DNA of 64,000 nucleotides from an uncultured bacterium (GTDB lineage Bacteria; Eisenbacteria; RBG-16-71-46; CAIMUX01): NCBI GenBank assembly GCA_964473865.1, contig CAYYQN010000003.1, positions 2,545 to 66,544 of the forward strand, read 5' to 3'. Shown piece by piece: positions 61,233 to 64,000 of this stretch (position 1 is its first letter; each line of letters starts with the position of its first letter). The notes under the pieces were generated by a model. It saw only the letters and a program-made list of their open reading frames with translations, ran no database searches and was not told where the DNA came from. The position numbers and the translations under genes were made by a program.

Positions 61233-62097
61233 GAAAGTCCTGGGGCGCGGTTTGGATGTGCTGATCCCGCGTGATGCGACGGAATCGGGGCAACCGAGCG
61301 GCGAAGTCGTAAAGAGAGTTCCCACCCACCTCGTGCGACCGAACCCGCGGCAACCCCGACAGCAGTTCAACGATGACCGGCTGAACGAATTAGCCAACTC
61401 GATCCGCGAGAAGGGGATCATCGAGCCGCTCATCGTGCGCCTCGGGGATGCCGATAGCTACGAGCTCATTGCCGGCGAGCGTCGGCTTCGTGCCGCACAG
61501 CTCGCGGGGCTCGAGGAGGTTCCGGTCCTGGTCCGCGAATCGGCGGATCGAGAGAGCCTGGAAATCGCCTTGATCGAGAATCTTCAGCGGGAAGACCTGA
61601 ACCCCGTGGAAGAGGCACAGGCCTACTTGCGGCTGTCCGAGGAGTTCGGGCGGACGCACGCGGAGATCTCACAGGAGGTTGGCAAGGATCGCACGACCAT
61701 CACGAACTTCTTGCGAATTCTACGGTTACCTCAGACGGTCCTGGATGATGTTTCACGTGGAACACTGTCGGTGGGGCACGCGCGCGTTCTCCTTGGAGTC
61801 GAAGACCCAGGACGCCAGCTCGACCTGGCCCGACGCATGGCTGCCGAGGGCTGGAACGTCCGTCAGGCCGAGCGATTCGTGTCCCAGATCAACAAGCCGG
61901 CCCGCAAACAAGGGAACAGGGCCGCAGCGACTCCACGCGGCCGCGATGTCGTGCGGATTGAGGAGGCGCTCCGATACGCTCTCGGCGCGGAGGTCCACCT
62001 GGATCATGGGCCGAAAGGCGGACGGATCGAGATCCGCTACGGGGACAACGACGAGTTGGAGCGGATCCTGGATGTGCTCGGGATCCAGATCCATTGA
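61225..62097 (+). CDS. parB: chromosome partitioning protein ParB/Spo0J
   Basis: An AAGGAG RBS precedes a start that overlaps the parA stop (ATGGCTAA). ParB box II GERRLRAAQLAG. HTH. An internal parS-like site. Confidence 0.9.
61749..61764. promoter_or_regulatory. parS site inside parB coding sequence
   Basis: TGTTTCACGTGGAACA has one mismatch to the TGTTTCACGTGAAACA consensus. Intragenic parS in parB is common. Confidence 0.7.
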
Positions 62098-62262
62098 GCC
62101 GGCGGCGGCGCCGAAGCGGCGGGTGTGCCTCGAGCGGGGTGCTGGAGCGATAGGCTGATGTTTCGCTCCACGACATCTCGTTCCAGGGGGACGTCAAGCA
62201 GGGAACACAAAGTCACCATTCACATTGCATCCTCGGCCAGCGATAGGACGTTTCACCGAACG

Positions 62263-62544
62263 ATGTCCTGGCGGGCCGTGCGGATGTGGATCGGCGCTGG
62301 GATCGCGCTCGCGCTCGTGGTGGTCGTGGGGATTTGCGGGCTCTTCGGTTGGGTCGGGTCGATGCATCGGGTGCGGACGCTTCAATCGGAGAACGACTCG
62401 CTCAGAGTCCAGTTCCGAAGGCTGGGAGAGCTCGAGACGAATCTGGCCAGGATGTCCGAGCTGAATGAGCAGATGCAGAGGATGTTGGGGGTGGATCCGT
62501 CGGCGCTCCAGTCGGAAGCCGACTCTCTATCCGGTGTCGAATAG
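62263..62544 (+). CDS. small membrane-anchored coiled-coil protein (93 aa) between parB and bactofilin
   Basis: MSWRAVRMWIGAGIALALVVVVGICGLFGWVG (TM), then heptad-like VRTLQSENDSLRVQFRRLGELETNLARMSELNEQMQRML. No catalytic domain follows. Confidence 0.45.
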   Translation: MSWRAVRMWIGAGIALALVVVVGICGLFGWVGSMHRVRTLQSENDSLRVQFRRLGELETNLARMSELNEQMQRMLGVDPSALQSEADSLSGVE

Positions 62545-62586
62545 GGCTCGCGCGGGCTGCGGCAGCGGAGGCCCGGGGAGGACGCG

Positions 62587-63036
62587 ATGTTCGGGAAGGG
62601 AAGCGAAGTGACGAGCGGGGACAAGCACGGGCACTCGATCCTGCAGGAAGGGATGGTGGTCGAGGGAACCCTGGAGGCCAAGGGAGACGTTCGTCTGGAT
62701 GGCCGCCTGATTGGTAAAGTAGTTGTCTCAGAAAGACTTACAATTGGCGCCTCCGGTGTGCTGCATGCCGAGGTGGAGGCCGGAGAGGCCATCATCATGG
62801 GAACGGTGGAGGGTAGCGTTCGGGCACAGCGCCGCCTCGAGCTTCGCAAAGGGGCCCGCGTCGTCGGGGATATCGCGTCGCCGATTCTGATGATCGAAGA
62901 GGGGGTCCACTTCCACGGCAACTGCAACATGCGATCCGGCGATTCTGCCGCGACGGGGCTTGACTACGACCCTCTCGCCTCGAAGGTCGCCGACGGCTCC
63001 ACTGAGACCGGCAGGTTCGAGAAGATCTACCAGTAG
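62587..63036 (+). CDS. bactofilin (DUF583 polymer-forming cytoskeletal protein)
   Basis: Repetitive beta-helical windings: VVEGTLEAKGDVRLDGRLIGKVVVSERLTIGASGVLHAEVEAGEAIIMGTVEGSVRAQRRLELRKGARVVGDIAS. Disordered termini. Confidence 0.75.
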   Translation: MFGKGSEVTSGDKHGHSILQEGMVVEGTLEAKGDVRLDGRLIGKVVVSERLTIGASGVLHAEVEAGEAIIMGTVEGSVRAQRRLELRKGARVVGDIASPILMIEEGVHFHGNCNMRSGDSAATGLDYDPLASKVADGSTETGRFEKIYQ

Positions 63037-63130
63037 ACCGGCCGGAGGGGGAGGCGCCCGGTGGATGCTTCTCCCGGATTGTCTGAGTCGGGATGGTCCC
63101 CCGCAGGACCGTGCCCAGACTGCAAGACAG

Positions 63131-63224
63131 TGTGGACGAAATTGTGGATAAACCTTGCGATCTGGCACCCTGGGGATGTCCATGGTGTGGACAACACTGC
63201 AACGTCCCGTGATATATATAGGTC
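63131..63224. promoter_or_regulatory. second DnaA-box cluster plus AT run downstream of bactofilin gene
   Basis: TGTGGACGA 63131-63139, TGTGGATAA 63143-63151 (perfect reverse-complement of TTATCCACA), TGTGGACAA 63186-63194, followed by GTGATATATATAGG. Confidence 0.45.
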
Positions 63225-63336
63225 CAGGGATCGATGTCTGTGGGACGGTGACCGCGTTCGATGTTGATAGGCCCGACGATTCGTCGTCACCCGCCGAGGG
63301 TAGTGTCTGTTGTCTTTGTTGAAACCAGGCGTCTCA

Positions 63337-63365
63337 TGTGTCCCGCCTTTCCGTTTGACACGTGC
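63337..63365 (+). promoter_or_regulatory. near-consensus sigma70-type promoter upstream of lipoprotein gene
   Basis: TTGACA - 17 nt - TAGATT (tttgacacgtgccgggcggtgcactagatt), ~110 nt upstream of the ATG at 63502. Confidence 0.5.
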
Positions 63366-63501
63366 CGGGCGGTGCACTAGATTGAGTTCTGGATCGGCAC
63401 ATCGGGGTCGGTCATCCCTATCTGTTTCCATGGGATGAGGTAGCGTCCGGTCAGATCTGGGTGCGGGGTTGGTGTTCAGCTTCAAAGGGGGGTCGGATCC
63501 G

Positions 63502-64000
63502 ATGCGGCGGCTGGTCTTCGTCCTTTTTGCCCTTGCCTCACCGTTCCTCTGGACCTGCTCCGAAAACGACACGCCGGCAGTCCAGGATCTGAGCGAGCCG
63601 GAGGTTCGCATCTTCTTCCCGTACGACACCGAGCCGGCGACATTCGTCGTGAGCGATTCGATCGACGTCTACTATGCAGCCCGTGATCTGAGCCGGAACG
63701 GACAGCCCATCAGCGTCCAGAAGGTGGAGCTCTGGTTCGCACGCCCCGGGAGCTCCGATCGGGTGTTGATTGCGACCCCGAGCCGGGCGATCGATATCGA
63801 CCAGGTTCCGGAAGACATTCGGCCTCTGGTGACGCTTCCCGCGGGCTGGACCTTGTACACCCAGGTCTGGTATACGGGTCCCACGCCCCTGCCCCCGATC
63901 GGCACGCCGATCAACACCGGGACGGACGTCCAGCTCTTTGCCCTTGCCTATGATGCGGCAGGCAATGTCGGTCGCACGGAAGATGTCATCCGGATCCATG
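63502..64000 (+). CDS. lipoprotein (5' part only; continues beyond window end)
   Basis: An AAGGGGGG RBS precedes ATG 63502. MRRLVFVLFALASPFLWTCS is a lipobox signal (L-W-T-C). The frame stays open to position 64000 (my own translation). It is not in the ORF track because there is no stop. Confidence 0.55.
   Translation, partial: MRRLVFVLFALASPFLWTCSENDTPAVQDLSEPEVRIFFPYDTEPATFVVSDSIDVYYAARDLSRNGQPISVQKVELWFARPGSSDRVLIATPSRAIDIDQVPEDIRPLVTLPAGWTLYTQVWYTGPTPLPPIGTPINTGTDVQLFALAYDAAGNVGRTEDVIRIH

Overview
This window is G+C-rich bacterial DNA (roughly two-thirds G+C by eye, not computed) and spans a chromosomal replication-origin neighbourhood.

The right-hand part (about 43.4-63 kb) is the conserved origin core. 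On the minus strand: ileS, gyrA, gyrB, a DUF721/DciA-like gene, dnaN, dnaA. On the plus strand, diverging from dnaA: rpmH, rnpA, yidD, yidC, khpB/jag, rsmG, parA, parB, then a small membrane coiled-coil protein, a bactofilin, and the partial start of a lipoprotein gene. DnaA-box clusters, AT-rich islands and two parS-like palindromes lie around dnaA and parAB.

The left 43 kb looks accessory. It carries six secreted enzymes or beta-propellers that all end in the same ~70-aa T9SS-type C-terminal sorting domain. These include a PHP/CehA-like hydrolase, a purple-acid-phosphatase-like enzyme, an SGL-like propeller, a beta-helix protein, a YWTD propeller and a probable GH44 glycosidase. The accessory region also holds a TrmB-family regulator and an error-prone polymerase dnaE2 whose promoter and 5' end are duplicated ~2.2 kb upstream, flanking one of the secreted-protein genes. 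Further along are an SPL-like radical SAM protein, a heparinase II/III-like protein and a 1,676-aa tandem-duplicated (four-NBD) UvrA-like ATPase. Two LemA/TPM-type modules are present, one with a degenerate nucleotidyltransferase wedged in. There is also an Fe/B12-type ABC importer operon, a DUF5658 membrane protein with an Arg-rich tail, Hsp33, an esterase and two SAM methyltransferases.

The shared T9SS-type tails suggest an FCB-group-like lineage (Gemmatimonadota/Eisenbacteria-like), but this is inference only. I found no tRNA or rRNA genes, CRISPR arrays, transposases or integrases.
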